Source of the DNA: a virus
Lineage: Duplodnaviria; Caudoviricetes
Virus record (IMG/VR): IMGVR_UViG_3300042464_000289
Location: 1 to 53,960 of that record
Reading direction: 5' to 3' (one strand)
DNA length: 53,960 nucleotides
A program made the position numbers and the translations under genes. The notes below the pieces were generated by a model. That model searched no databases. It saw nothing but the letters and a program-made list of their open reading frames with translations, and was not told where the DNA came from. This document shows positions 8,960 through 18,227 of the stretch, piece after piece. Numbering within the stretch: the stretch's first letter is position 1; the number at the start of each line of letters is the position of its first letter.

Positions 8960-10252
8960 TTACCCTACAAGCTCAAAGCTAAGGCCTGAGTATATGACTG
9001 CTTCTGTCTTAGCTATAACGTCTATAGGTCTAAGGTAGCAGATAAGATAGCCTAGCGCATCGCTACTGTGTCCTATGGTCTTGTCCCTGTGGTCTACGTC
9101 ACTGGTAGAAGGCTTAAAGGCCTGCTGCTTCAAGTCTGTTATAAGTCCTAGACATGTAGGATGTATAAAGACATGGCGCTTACCGTCTCCAGAACGTAGC
9201 GCTGCGTTTGTAACCGCGAACCTAGTAGCTAAGCTAGGGTTACTGTCCGGATATATAATACTCTTATCACCGAATCTAAGGTCATTATTTATGATTAGAT
9301 AGTCAGTGTAATCAGATGAAGTACTGCGCTGCCTAGAGGCTGCGTCTCCCGTGAAGGTCCACCCTGCTCTATGGTTAGAGTAACGGCTATACAGATAATC
9401 TAATGTTCTCTGTGTAGTAGTGTTGCGTATCTTAATTTCGTCAAACACTACTATGTTGCCATTAACGTAGTGAGCTAGAACCCAGGACATAGGATCTACG
9501 TTAAAGTCTGAACCTACATAGATAGGCCTGTTTCGGTCATACTGTGCAGCGCTGGTTACGTTAGCTATTTCAGAGAACTCTACATACACACCACCCATAG
9601 CACTTAACCAGGTAGCGTTAAACTGCTCTTGAAAGTCTGCATCTGATAGCTGTGATTTAACCTCATTTAGTTTGTCTAGTCCTAGGATATCTGAACTAGG
9701 CCAGGAGGCGCAGTATCTATCTGATTCCTTAGCGTGGAACCACTGCCTGTACTCTGTAGCACTACTTCCGAAGCGCTTAGGTACGCCTATACGCCAACAG
9801 AATCTACAGTGGTGCATGAGGGCAGGCACTAAGGACCTAGACCATACGCCCTCCTTATAGTCGCACGCTTCATCTACTACCCCGCCTGACCACTGCACGC
9901 CTTCTATACGTTCTGACTTATCTCCGCCTAGAACGTATAGCGTAGAACCAAACTTAGTGGTAATGGTCATATCTGAAACAGATACATCTTTAACCCACTG
10001 TTTAGGTATTAGGTTTAGTAAGTCGCCCCACGCTACGCGCTTAGCCTGCGCCACTGTAGGAAGCAGGTAGAAGTAGATAGGATTAGCAAGGCCAGGCGTA
10101 GACTCTGCAAGGCCTCTAACTAATCGCATCTTAGCTAACATACTTTTGCCTGAACCACGCCCGCACGCTAGGCCTACAAACTTCTCAGGCGCGAAGAATG
10201 CTCTACGTTGTTTCGGGTGTGGTTGTCTAGGCTTAAGGTCTGTTATGGACAT
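8960..10252 (-). CDS. terL: Terminase large subunit
   Basis: PHPKQ, Walker A GRGSGKS, Walker B VVDEA, nuclease GSDFNVDP and HSSDALGY. Confidence 0.95.
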   Translation of the reverse strand: MSITDLKPRQPHPKQRRAFFAPEKFVGLACGRGSGKSMLAKMRLVRGLAESTPGLANPIYFYLLPTVAQAKRVAWGDLLNLIPKQWVKDVSVSDMTITTKFGSTLYVLGGDKSERIEGVQWSGGVVDEACDYKEGVWSRSLVPALMHHCRFCWRIGVPKRFGSSATEYRQWFHAKESDRYCASWPSSDILGLDKLNEVKSQLSDADFQEQFNATWLSAMGGVYVEFSEIANVTSAAQYDRNRPIYVGSDFNVDPMSWVLAHYVNGNIVVFDEIKIRNTTTQRTLDYLYSRYSNHRAGWTFTGDAASRQRSTSSDYTDYLIINNDLRFGDKSIIYPDSNPSLATRFAVTNAALRSGDGKRHVFIHPTCLGLITDLKQQAFKPSTSDVDHRDKTIGHSSDALGYLICYLRPIDVIAKTEAVIYSGLSFELVG

Positions 10253-10611
10253 TAGTGTAGCTGCGTCTCTGAGTAGTTAGGTACTGCTGCCTGTGGTATA
10301 GCTCTAGGCTTAGCTACTGCGTCTGCCTCCTGCTTCTTTAGCCAGGCCTCTAGCTCTGCAGTGTCGATACTGTAACGCGCTGCCAGTATGCGCCTACCAT
10401 AGTCTAGGGCCTTAAGCAGCGATAGAAGGCCTGCAGTCCTGCTTAAGACAAGGTGTCTTACAACGTACTTAATAACGTTGCCTTCTGCGAATGGTATATC
10501 GTTAGCGCAGATAAAGGTTATAGGCTGTATAGCGTAGCCTGTGTAGTGCGTTCCGCCCTGCTGCTTATCACTAGCCCAATTCTCTACTACTTCTGTTTCC
10601 CTAGTCATCAC
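10252..10611 (-). CDS. DUF3310-like (nucleotide kinase-associated) protein
   Basis: QQGGTHY...IQPITFI...FAEGNVIKYVVR...LLKALDY. Confidence 0.8.
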   Translation of the reverse strand: MMTRETEVVENWASDKQQGGTHYTGYAIQPITFICANDIPFAEGNVIKYVVRHLVLSRTAGLLSLLKALDYGRRILAARYSIDTAELEAWLKKQEADAVAKPRAIPQAAVPNYSETQLH

Positions 10612-11213
10612 ATAGCCTCTAACTCTGCAAGTGTCTTGAACGTTGGCGCTACTTCCTCAGGGCCTGCAGTAGCTTGTATAGTTTCTACGTACTCGCCTTC
10701 TGCCTTAGGTATCAGCGCGTCTATCTGTGCTACAGTCTCTGCAGGGCTAAGTATCTCAGGCCCTTCCGTAGTACTTAGCATATGGAAGACCGTCGATAGC
10801 TCATGCTCTATCTCATCTAGTAGCGCCGGATCGTGTCCACACAATCTAACTACAGTACTCTGTAGAGTCTGTGCAAGTGCTGCCACCATAGCAGGCTGTA
10901 CGCGCATACTAGACTCTATATCTGCTGCAGTCTTAGCCATACGCCTGACTGTGTCTAGTGCTTCTCTTACCAGTGGTTGCAAGCTGCCTATAGACTTAAG
11001 CAGCAGCGCGTTGTCTCCTGCGTCCATAGCCTGCGTTGTAGCTGCTTCGTACGCTATGACTACGTCCGATAGCTGCTGCCTAGCTAGGGCTAATTCCTCT
11101 AGCGTAGATAGCTGAGATACTGTAGGCCCTCGCATGAAGCAGCTAACAGCAGTAGATATTCTACCGCCTGCTGCGCCATAACGTTGTACGTAACTATGTC
11201 TTTCCGCTATCAT
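10608..11213 (-). CDS. Helical protein, possible terminase small subunit
   Basis: Position two genes upstream of TerL; STLEELALAR and coiled-coil character; positional inference only. Confidence 0.5.
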   Translation of the reverse strand: MIAERHSYVQRYGAAGGRISTAVSCFMRGPTVSQLSTLEELALARQQLSDVVIAYEAATTQAMDAGDNALLLKSIGSLQPLVREALDTVRRMAKTAADIESSMRVQPAMVAALAQTLQSTVVRLCGHDPALLDEIEHELSTVFHMLSTTEGPEILSPAETVAQIDALIPKAEGEYVETIQATAGPEEVAPTFKTLAELEAM

Positions 11214-11220
11214 GTTAGCC

Positions 11221-12114
11221 CTAGCTTATTCGAACTACTTTGCTAGGTCCTGTATACTCTGTTCTAGGAAAGTTAGTCCAAAGATGTTCTAACTTCGTTG
11301 CCTTAGTACTAGAGCTAGAGCTATGTAGCGGTACAGACATAATGTGCGCCTTCCACCCGTTACGCCTAGCGTAGTACTCATACATACTAGAGGCATAACC
11401 AGACAGGTAGAAACTGCCTTCTATAGTCTGCAGTCTAGTTAGCAGTGCTTCGTGTTGCTCTGCTGTCATTTCGTGCGCGTAGCTATCCCTATCTGACCTT
11501 GTCTCATGCAGGTAGGGAGGGTCTAGGTAGAATACTGTAGTAGGGCTATCGTACTTCCTAATAACCTCTAGCGCGTCGCTATTGAGGATAGTAACCCTGC
11601 GTAGTCTTTGTGCAACAGGTCCTAAGCCTTCTATAGCGCTTAGGTATGCGCTAACGCTTTCACCCATACCACCACGAAGCCTAGTACTCTGTGTAGCGAA
11701 GTCCTTCATAAGGGCCTGGCGTGATTGTCGCACAGCTACAAATAGACTAGCTGCTACCTCTACCTGTTGCCCTAGGTCTAGTGGTACGTCTGCTGCTGCC
11801 ATTAGGTCTATTAAGTCTAAGGCCTGCTCTAGTGAGTCCTCTGCGAATGGTGTAAGAGTTAGCCTCTGCTGTAGTGCTGGTAGCTGTTCTCTCAGTACGC
11901 GCCAGAACGTTACTAGGCTCTTAGACTTGTCCGATACTACTTCTGCTATACCGTCGTAGTGTTGATTATGCAGCAGTACAGAACCGCCTCCAAAGTAAGG
12001 CTCTACATAGCAGGCATTACTAGGTAACTGTATAAGGCTTAGAATCCACTTCGCTAGTTTGCCGTTATGGGCGCCCTTGCCTCCATGCCACTTAAGTGGT
12101 AGGTGTAGTGACAT
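11221..12114 (-). CDS. DNA adenine methyltransferase (D12/Dam-like class)
   Basis: PLKWHGGK, YVEPYFGGGSV (motif I), FYLDPPY (motif IV), LSGY, EHLWTNF. Confidence 0.92.
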   Translation of the reverse strand: MSLHLPLKWHGGKGAHNGKLAKWILSLIQLPSNACYVEPYFGGGSVLLHNQHYDGIAEVVSDKSKSLVTFWRVLREQLPALQQRLTLTPFAEDSLEQALDLIDLMAAADVPLDLGQQVEVAASLFVAVRQSRQALMKDFATQSTRLRGGMGESVSAYLSAIEGLGPVAQRLRRVTILNSDALEVIRKYDSPTTVFYLDPPYLHETRSDRDSYAHEMTAEQHEALLTRLQTIEGSFYLSGYASSMYEYYARRNGWKAHIMSVPLHSSSSSTKATKLEHLWTNFPRTEYTGPSKVVRIS

Positions 12115-12117
12115 GGT

Positions 12118-12471
12118 CTAGGCTTCCTTAAGTACAGTTAGTTTGCCGTCTACTAGCTCTACTGAAATACCATTCCAGTTAAGTAGCGGGCGAAGTGTAG
12201 GCCTAGCTGCTGTACCTGTCATAGTCCAGGTTTTTCCTGCGCTGTTCCTGTGCCCATTAACTGCAAAGTCTACCTCTATGGTATTGCCCTGGAATGGTAG
12301 GCGTAGCACTACATGTGTTACGTATGTAGGCCATACAGGCTTAACCTGGTAGACGTACCTAACAGCCCCTAGGCCTATAGCCTTAGATTGTGCTTCGTCT
12401 TCACATGGTGTGACTGTTAAGGTTCTCTGCTCTGCCTGTGGCTTAGGCTTATTAGTTTTGCGTCTGCTCAT
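12118..12471 (-). CDS. Hypothetical protein (DUF6527-like)
   Basis: WTMTGTAARPTLRPLL resembles the WxxxGxxxxPTxxPS motif. Confidence 0.55.
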   Translation of the reverse strand: MSRRKTNKPKPQAEQRTLTVTPCEDEAQSKAIGLGAVRYVYQVKPVWPTYVTHVVLRLPFQGNTIEVDFAVNGHRNSAGKTWTMTGTAARPTLRPLLNWNGISVELVDGKLTVLKEA

Positions 12472-12510
12472 GTGCTTACCTGTGTTAATGTGTTAGATAT
12501 GTTAGCGCAT

Positions 12511-13250
12511 ACAAAAGCCCCTGCCTAAGTCACCGAATGTAGTACGTACTCTATGAGGCTTTAACGCTTGGCCTGGCTAACAAACAGACCTGGTCTTCAC
12601 CTGTAGTTGTACGACTTGTTCTATTAGGCAGGGGCTTAGATTAAGGAGGCACTAAGACTTAGGCATCGTTACCCTTAGTCTAAGCCTTAGTGCTGTCCTA
12701 GTATCGGCTAGGAAGGTCGTCTCAGGTCCCTCCCTAGCTTAGGCCTAAGGCTTTTACACTCTTAGGCTATGTGTCTGAGGTATCACCTAACTACTGGTAC
12801 TATATGGCATTCTGCTAGCTGCCCTGCAAATAGCCTACCGTCTTAGACTAACTGCTTCAGGCAGAAGATATGTGCTTCTAATAACTTCGCTAGACTCTAC
12901 CTCTCAGGGTAGCACAGCATACTAGGACTAAACGATTCAAAGCTAGAAACTATACTATTGCTAAGTATAGCTACGCCTCTACTAGGCTTAGGTCTTCTGC
13001 TAACTGCTAGCCGTCTGGTTCCGCCTGCCACATTGGTTAACAGCAACAGTACCTAAGGAGCTAACGCTAGGTCTTGTATATGCTCGACAATGTAGCAGGC
13101 TATTTCAAGGGCTAGCCTAGTGGCTCACCTAGACTACCCTTAGGCCATATAGGCCTGTCTCTGTGTACGTAGGGCTAGGTATTGCCTCCTAGCCCTTTGT
13201 GCCTATAGGATTCTTTCCTTTAGGTCTTAAACCCTCCCAGGTTCTCTCTT
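12511..13250 (-). ncRNA. Candidate large structured non-coding RNA / 5' leader
   Basis: 811 nt gap with no ORF of 60 aa or more; many local hairpins plus nested long-range stems (13095-13105 with 12828-12838; 12993-13000 with 12861-12868; 12624-12637 with 12515-12528). Confidence 0.65.
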
Positions 13251-13251
13251 A

Positions 13252-13285
13252 TGTACCTGCCTTCAGTCCGTTACGCTGAAAATTA
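13252..13285 (-). promoter_or_regulatory. CAGGTACA-type putative phage-specific promoter
   Basis: GCAGGTACA preceded by an AT-rich tract; same core as intergenic sites at 26679, 29568 and 38774. Confidence 0.45.
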
Positions 13286-14014
13286 TTTCTGCCGTCTAAG
13301 GTCCTTAGATTTCTTCTTAGCTAAGGCCCTTCGTCCTGCCCTGTTAAGCTTAGAAGGGTCTACGGAAGGGCGTTCCTTATACATGGTCTTAGCATAGTCT
13401 AGAGCGTCTATAGCGTTTAGCTCTGCTAAGGTCTTCCCTAGTCTTCGCGCTGGTTGTATGTGTACAGCCTTAAACCCTCTAGACTCTAGTGCCTCTGCAT
13501 CTACTGCAACGTCTGGAAGACCTATAACTAGCTGCCCTGATGCAAGGTAGAGACAGGCGGACATAATCTCTAACATGTCCTGCTTAGACATTACGTGCAT
13601 ACGCAGGGAGGTAGGCAGCGCACAGCAGATAGCAGTGTTGCTATGTAGTAGTCCATTCTTAGCTAGGTCCTTACGGGTTAGCCTAGTCTCTATCCCGTTA
13701 GGGTCTTTGACTACTACGCATACAGAATCTAAGGCCCTGTTCTGTATGTCTATAACCTCCTTAGGTATCAATAGTGTACTGTCCCCAGGGCATGGGTTGA
13801 GCAGTACATGTAGGGCGGTAGTAGTGATAGCGTTAAGACCAGTTACTGCCCTAGGCTCTGTATCTGTTTCCTCTACTAGGAAGGCCTCTACACTGTCTTC
13901 AAAACAGCGCGGCCCTAGGCTACCTAATGACTCTACTACAGTAGGGCCTGGCCTCTCTTCACCAGTGCAGTAGCCGTATAGCCTCCCGTCTGGTAGCTTC
14001 ATTAAATCCCTCAT
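13283..14014 (-). CDS. Hypothetical protein, basic C-terminus
   Basis: 243 aa coupled to upstream gene; LNRAGRRALAKKK tail. Confidence 0.65.
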   Translation of the reverse strand: MRDLMKLPDGRLYGYCTGEERPGPTVVESLGSLGPRCFEDSVEAFLVEETDTEPRAVTGLNAITTTALHVLLNPCPGDSTLLIPKEVIDIQNRALDSVCVVVKDPNGIETRLTRKDLAKNGLLHSNTAICCALPTSLRMHVMSKQDMLEIMSACLYLASGQLVIGLPDVAVDAEALESRGFKAVHIQPARRLGKTLAELNAIDALDYAKTMYKERPSVDPSKLNRAGRRALAKKKSKDLRRQK

Positions 14015-15321
14015 AACTTCTTTCCGCCTTCCTGTTGTCTAGCCTTCTTACTGTGGTCTTCTCTGCTGTGGTTGTAGGTCATCTTAGCAGCTACTGCCTG
14101 AGGTAGTCTAAGCTTAAGACCGTAGGCCATGTCCGCTATCCTTATTAGGGCGTCTGCTAGCTCTACCTCTAAGGACATGAACTCAGGGCAGTGCTCATCT
14201 GGCTTATCTTTCCTGTACCCTTCGTAGGCCTCAGACACTTCCGTATGTATCAGCGCTATCTGGTCTCCTACTGCCTTACTACCCTTAGGGCGTTCCCCTG
14301 CAGGGTAATTACAGCCTAGGTATTCTCCTGTCTTAAGGTCTGACCACCATCCGCGCCCATGTGACCAGAGGCCTACGTTTAGGACTAGCTTAGACACTGC
14401 CTCTACATATGTAGACTCTGCTTCAGGGCTACGCTCTAGCTCTGTAGTGTCGTCGTCTTCCTCCTGCCCCTGGAATGTAGAACCTAGTATCTTAGACAGT
14501 GCTACATGGTCTACGTCTCCTGTAACTGCCTGCGTAGCTAGGGTGTTAACGTCGATAGGCTTAAGGTTCATGTCTAGAAGGTAAGGGTCTAAGTGTACCT
14601 TATGAGACACTAGAAGCGCTCTAGCCTGTTCTTCAGTACCTAGCCTTAGTACTGTGTCTAGTTCATCCTCTGTGGTTAGCCCTGCTGCCTCCCTATCAAA
14701 CAACAGAGGCGTAGGCGTAGGTAGTGATAGCTTAAGGTCTCTTACTGTTGCAATCTCTGCGCCTACTAGGTCTAGTCTGTCCAGTACTTTCTGAAGGCCT
14801 TCTGCGTTAGACTCTAGAGCCTCAGGCTTAGGCGTTACCTCTGAACGGTCTACGTCTGCTGTACTCTGCTTAGCTGCGTCTACGTGCCCTACGTACATGT
14901 AGCTACGCCCCTGCTTCTGTAGCGTTGTCTTGAGCAGGTCCCCTGTGTTAGTGGGCGTTATCAGTGCGAAGGTGTTATCGTAGGCGCCTTTACCTATAAG
15001 GCTCTTATGGTGCAGGCTAGCGCCGTACTCTACCTTACCACGTACGTTAGCCGCGCCGATGTTTACGGCCCTTACTATGACGAAGTACAGAGCGCGTGTT
15101 AGTACGTCTGCTCTAGACTCTGCAGCAGGCTCTGTAGCGCTGTAGGCCTCAGACTGCTTAATAGCGTTAAGCAGGTTAGCGAATGTTAGGAGGTCTGCTA
15201 TCTGCTGCAGGAACAGCCTAATAGAATAGTCCAGGTCCCTTACCTGGTCATTATAGACAGCGCGCTGCGCTAGGTCCTTTGTAGCCTGTGGTACGTTGTT
15301 AGCTTCTGTGTCTGCGTTCAT
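14011..15321 (-). CDS. Protein with C-terminal MazG-like NTP pyrophosphohydrolase domain
   Basis: IALIHTEVSEAYEGYRK...LEVELADALIRIADM...KMTYNHSR; ~300 aa N-terminus unrecognised. Confidence 0.8.
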   Translation of the reverse strand: MNADTEANNVPQATKDLAQRAVYNDQVRDLDYSIRLFLQQIADLLTFANLLNAIKQSEAYSATEPAAESRADVLTRALYFVIVRAVNIGAANVRGKVEYGASLHHKSLIGKGAYDNTFALITPTNTGDLLKTTLQKQGRSYMYVGHVDAAKQSTADVDRSEVTPKPEALESNAEGLQKVLDRLDLVGAEIATVRDLKLSLPTPTPLLFDREAAGLTTEDELDTVLRLGTEEQARALLVSHKVHLDPYLLDMNLKPIDVNTLATQAVTGDVDHVALSKILGSTFQGQEEDDDTTELERSPEAESTYVEAVSKLVLNVGLWSHGRGWWSDLKTGEYLGCNYPAGERPKGSKAVGDQIALIHTEVSEAYEGYRKDKPDEHCPEFMSLEVELADALIRIADMAYGLKLRLPQAVAAKMTYNHSREDHSKKARQQEGGKKL

Positions 15322-15323
15322 GG

Positions 15324-15387
15324 TTCAGGGCCTTAGGTGTTAGGAAGTGTGTATCTGGTACACCTTCTTAATACCTCAGGCCCTGAA
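15324..15387. other. Long imperfect intergenic stem-loop
   Basis: ttcagggcc-ttaggtgttaggaag ... cttcttaatacctca-ggccctgaa; covers the ribosome-binding region of the MazG-like gene. Confidence 0.55.
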
Positions 15388-15419
15388 AGACGTATAAAAT
15401 TGTTTGCCTCTAGTACTGT

Positions 15420-16049
15420 CTATGTTTCCTCGTTCAACAGTCTACGCATAGCAGAGAGGGCGCCTCTGTGAATGTTAGAGACACTGTGCCTAGACAGGTT
15501 CATAGATATCGCTATAGAGTCTAGGCTATGCCCTCTGCTGTGATTCCATAGAATGTAGCTCTGGTCTGGTGTAAGCTTAGGCAGGTTATCCTTTATAAGC
15601 TGCAGGCGCTGTTCTGCTAAGGTTACGTCTTCTGCCTCTAGTGCAACGTCTACAGGCGTTACCTTGTCTACAGGCTCTACTACGCTTCCTGAGTAGTCTT
15701 CTGTAGCCTGGCCTACGCTTACGCCTCCCTGCTTATGGGAAGCAGTACGTGCCTTAAAGTAAGTTCTGCCCACAATGTAGTAGAACTCTATAACACAGAA
15801 GTCTTCAAAGGTCTTACCCTTAGTAGCGTCAAACTTCTGGACATAGTGTGCATACCTAAGGCAGAAGTGTGTGTTAACCAGTTCATCTCTAGTAGCTGTT
15901 CTGTCTGAGTCTCTCACCATCATAGGGCAGTTAACGAAGGTAACACTAGCTATCTTAGCTGCTACCTTGCATAGTCTAGTATAGAGCTTTTCTGTAAGTC
16001 CTTCTGCAAGTGTGGCAGGTACAGTGTTAGCGTCTAGTATAGCGTTCAA
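15420..16049 (-). CDS. Phage-encoded sigma70-family sigma factor
   Basis: Region 2-like KFDATKGKTFEDF; region 4 HTH LTPDQSYIL...SLDSIAISMNLSRHSVSNIHRGALSAMR; TTG start. Confidence 0.75.
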   Translation of the reverse strand: MNAILDANTVPATLAEGLTEKLYTRLCKVAAKIASVTFVNCPMMVRDSDRTATRDELVNTHFCLRYAHYVQKFDATKGKTFEDFCVIEFYYIVGRTYFKARTASHKQGGVSVGQATEDYSGSVVEPVDKVTPVDVALEAEDVTLAEQRLQLIKDNLPKLTPDQSYILWNHSRGHSLDSIAISMNLSRHSVSNIHRGALSAMRRLLNEET

Positions 16050-16103
16050 GTCTCTATCCTTTGTTCATGTTGAGTAACCTAGCCCGTTCTTCCACTATCG
16101 GCT

Positions 16104-16132
16104 ATGGTAGCAGACCCTCTACAGTTTGTCTA
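16104..16132 (-). promoter_or_regulatory. Sigma70-like promoter for the sigma factor gene
   Basis: TAGACA-N17-TACCAT. Confidence 0.5.
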
Positions 16133-16617
16133 CGGTTAAAATTGCAAATTTCTGATTCTAGTACTGTACAGGTCTACTGAACATCTGCTTTGGCCTCAGG
16201 CCGCTATTAACCCGCATTGCAAATTTTGGGCATTACGATAAAAGTCACACATAGGGTATACACTCTATATACCTTAATACATGTTTCTCCAATGTTTTTA
16301 CTGCTTTTCAGTGTTTTCAATGGTGAACAAACTACCTTCCTGAGAGAACCAATTCTACCACCCTACAAACTGAGGCCTAAAAGCTCTGGACCTTCGTTTT
16401 GTAACCCTGTTTCCACTCTGCTGTACAGCACTTTGGCAGCATAAAAAGCAGGCTTTTCATCAAAACAGTACACCCTATGTGGGACTTTTCGCGTTTCTCC
16501 CTGTTTTCGCGTTTCAGTGTTCAGTGCCTCCTGTCCTGAAGCGTTTGACCAGTGTACAGAATCCCGGAAAAACAAGAAAACCTGCCATACCTGAGTAGAC
16601 AGGCCCTCTTTAATATG

Positions 16618-17613
16618 CTAGAGCCAAAAAGCTGCTAGCATATCCTCAACCTCTGACGTACTTCCGTAGACTGCATCTGCCTGCGTATAATCTCGCCACT
16701 TAAGCCTATAGGCTCTTTCCTTTGCATGTATAGGCTTACCAGTACTACATAGTAGTTCCTCTACATCTCCCCTAGTGTCGAAGTACGGCGCTACTATACG
16801 CTCTGTAGCTGCTACCAGTGAAGCAGCAAACAACATGCCTTCACAGAGTACCCTAGCCCTTAGCTGTTCTGTTTCCATGCAGAGTACAGGACCTAAGTTC
16901 TTCCTAGCCTGTGCGCTGTGAATGTACGTTGCACACCTTAGGCACTGCCCTCCTGCCCTGCTAAACGTGAAGGACTGACTACCCTTTATTAGTAGCTCCT
17001 TCCCTACTTCGTCCATATAAGGGCAGGGCGTATGCTCTGCGTAAACCTCCTTAGTTAGTGCATCCCGTCGGCGCCAGAACCTGCCAGCGCAAGAGCCTCT
17101 ACATAGCCTCTTAATAAGCTTCGCAATGTGGTTACTTAGTCTGTAGCGCACATGTCTAAGCTGCCTGGCCTTAGAACTCATCCATATAGGCCATAGGCCA
17201 GGGTGGCAGTAGCTATGCACTTCCTCTACGTATAGCCTAGACTCTAGCAGGTAGGCCTGCAGTCTAAGCGCTTCCTCTGGTAGCTCTAAGTCTAGGCCCT
17301 TCTTAACTGCTATGCAGTCTTCGCAGTAAGCCTTACCGCTATCATACACGAAAGCGCTAGGCGCCTTCTTAGACTTACAGGAAGGACAGACTAGGCCTAA
17401 CGGCGCTAAGGCCTTCTGTACGTCTTCCACCGTAGGAAGGTGAAGGCCTAGCCCTATTAGCTCTAGCATTTCAGGGCCTAGGCCGTCGAAGCCTCTAGGG
17501 TGGTCTGAGGCATAGACCCTAAGCCTGTGTGCTGCTGTGTACTTCCACCGAGCTATCGCCTCTAAGCTAGCCTTAGCTCTAACTACTACCTTACTGCCGT
17601 CTCTGTGTGCCAT
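16618..17613 (-). CDS. Cys-rich (Zn-finger) hypothetical protein
   Basis: CPSC, CEDC, CRGSC and CLRC pairs. Confidence 0.65.
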   Translation of the reverse strand: MAHRDGSKVVVRAKASLEAIARWKYTAAHRLRVYASDHPRGFDGLGPEMLELIGLGLHLPTVEDVQKALAPLGLVCPSCKSKKAPSAFVYDSGKAYCEDCIAVKKGLDLELPEEALRLQAYLLESRLYVEEVHSYCHPGLWPIWMSSKARQLRHVRYRLSNHIAKLIKRLCRGSCAGRFWRRRDALTKEVYAEHTPCPYMDEVGKELLIKGSQSFTFSRAGGQCLRCATYIHSAQARKNLGPVLCMETEQLRARVLCEGMLFAASLVAATERIVAPYFDTRGDVEELLCSTGKPIHAKERAYRLKWRDYTQADAVYGSTSEVEDMLAAFWL

Positions 17614-17616
17614 GTC

Positions 17617-18201
17617 TTATAGCCTTTCTACTAGGGCCTTAGCCTGCAAAACGTCTGCCCGTACTTTGTCTAGTGCAGCGTATACTGCTGCCAGTATTTC
17701 GTCGTTCTGCTCTTTCCTTAGCTCATAGCCAGGGCCTGGCCTAACAGGTTCTTCGTCTGCGCCTTCAGGCTCTAAGGGCGTCTGTAGGTTCTCCTGTATC
17801 TGCAGATACATAGCGTCTAGACGTTTAGCTACTGCTGTTAGTATGCAGTCTGTAGCTACCTTCAGCGCGTCGAAGGCCTGGTTAGTGTCTTCCTTAGGCA
17901 GCATACAGACACCTAAGGGCCTAGCAACGTTAGCTGCTGCTTCTACTTCCTGCTCTAGCAGGCTAGCGCGTACTTCATCTAACATCTGGCTAACGCCTAG
18001 CGTGTAGCCTACGCGCCTGAAGGCCTGCCTAGCGTCCCCGCTATAAGCTTCTAGGCCTGCTGCCTTCCTACGCGATGCAGTACTAGAAGGGTAGGCCTCT
18101 CTAGCCTTAGCCCTGTCCTCTGTTACCTTCCTGCTTAGCAGGTTCTGCCTTTGCAGTATAAGGGCTACTGCTGCCTGTCCTAACGTTTTCTTAGTGTCCA
18201 T
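17617..18201 (-). CDS. Hypothetical helical protein
   Basis: 194 aa with genome-typical codon use; AAGGTAG upstream. Confidence 0.65.
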   Translation of the reverse strand: MDTKKTLGQAAVALILQRQNLLSRKVTEDRAKAREAYPSSTASRRKAAGLEAYSGDARQAFRRVGYTLGVSQMLDEVRASLLEQEVEAAANVARPLGVCMLPKEDTNQAFDALKVATDCILTAVAKRLDAMYLQIQENLQTPLEPEGADEEPVRPGPGYELRKEQNDEILAAVYAALDKVRADVLQAKALVERL

Positions 18202-18227
18202 AGCTCTACCTTCTTTCCTAGTTAAAG

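Noticed and set aside
12540-12625. ZTP (pfl) riboswitch resemblance of AGUCGUACAACU
   Set aside because: Lacks the conserved GACUGGCG and GCCUGGGC segments.
12472-13282. Group I/II intron or tRNA cluster
   Set aside because: Flanking genes are complete; I saw no intron core motifs, homing ORF or T-loop GTTCRA cloverleaf.
16217-16575. Short ORFs 16217-16444 (+) and 16363-16575 (-)
   Set aside because: TTG starts, atypical composition, overlap with repeated DNA motifs; more likely non-coding.
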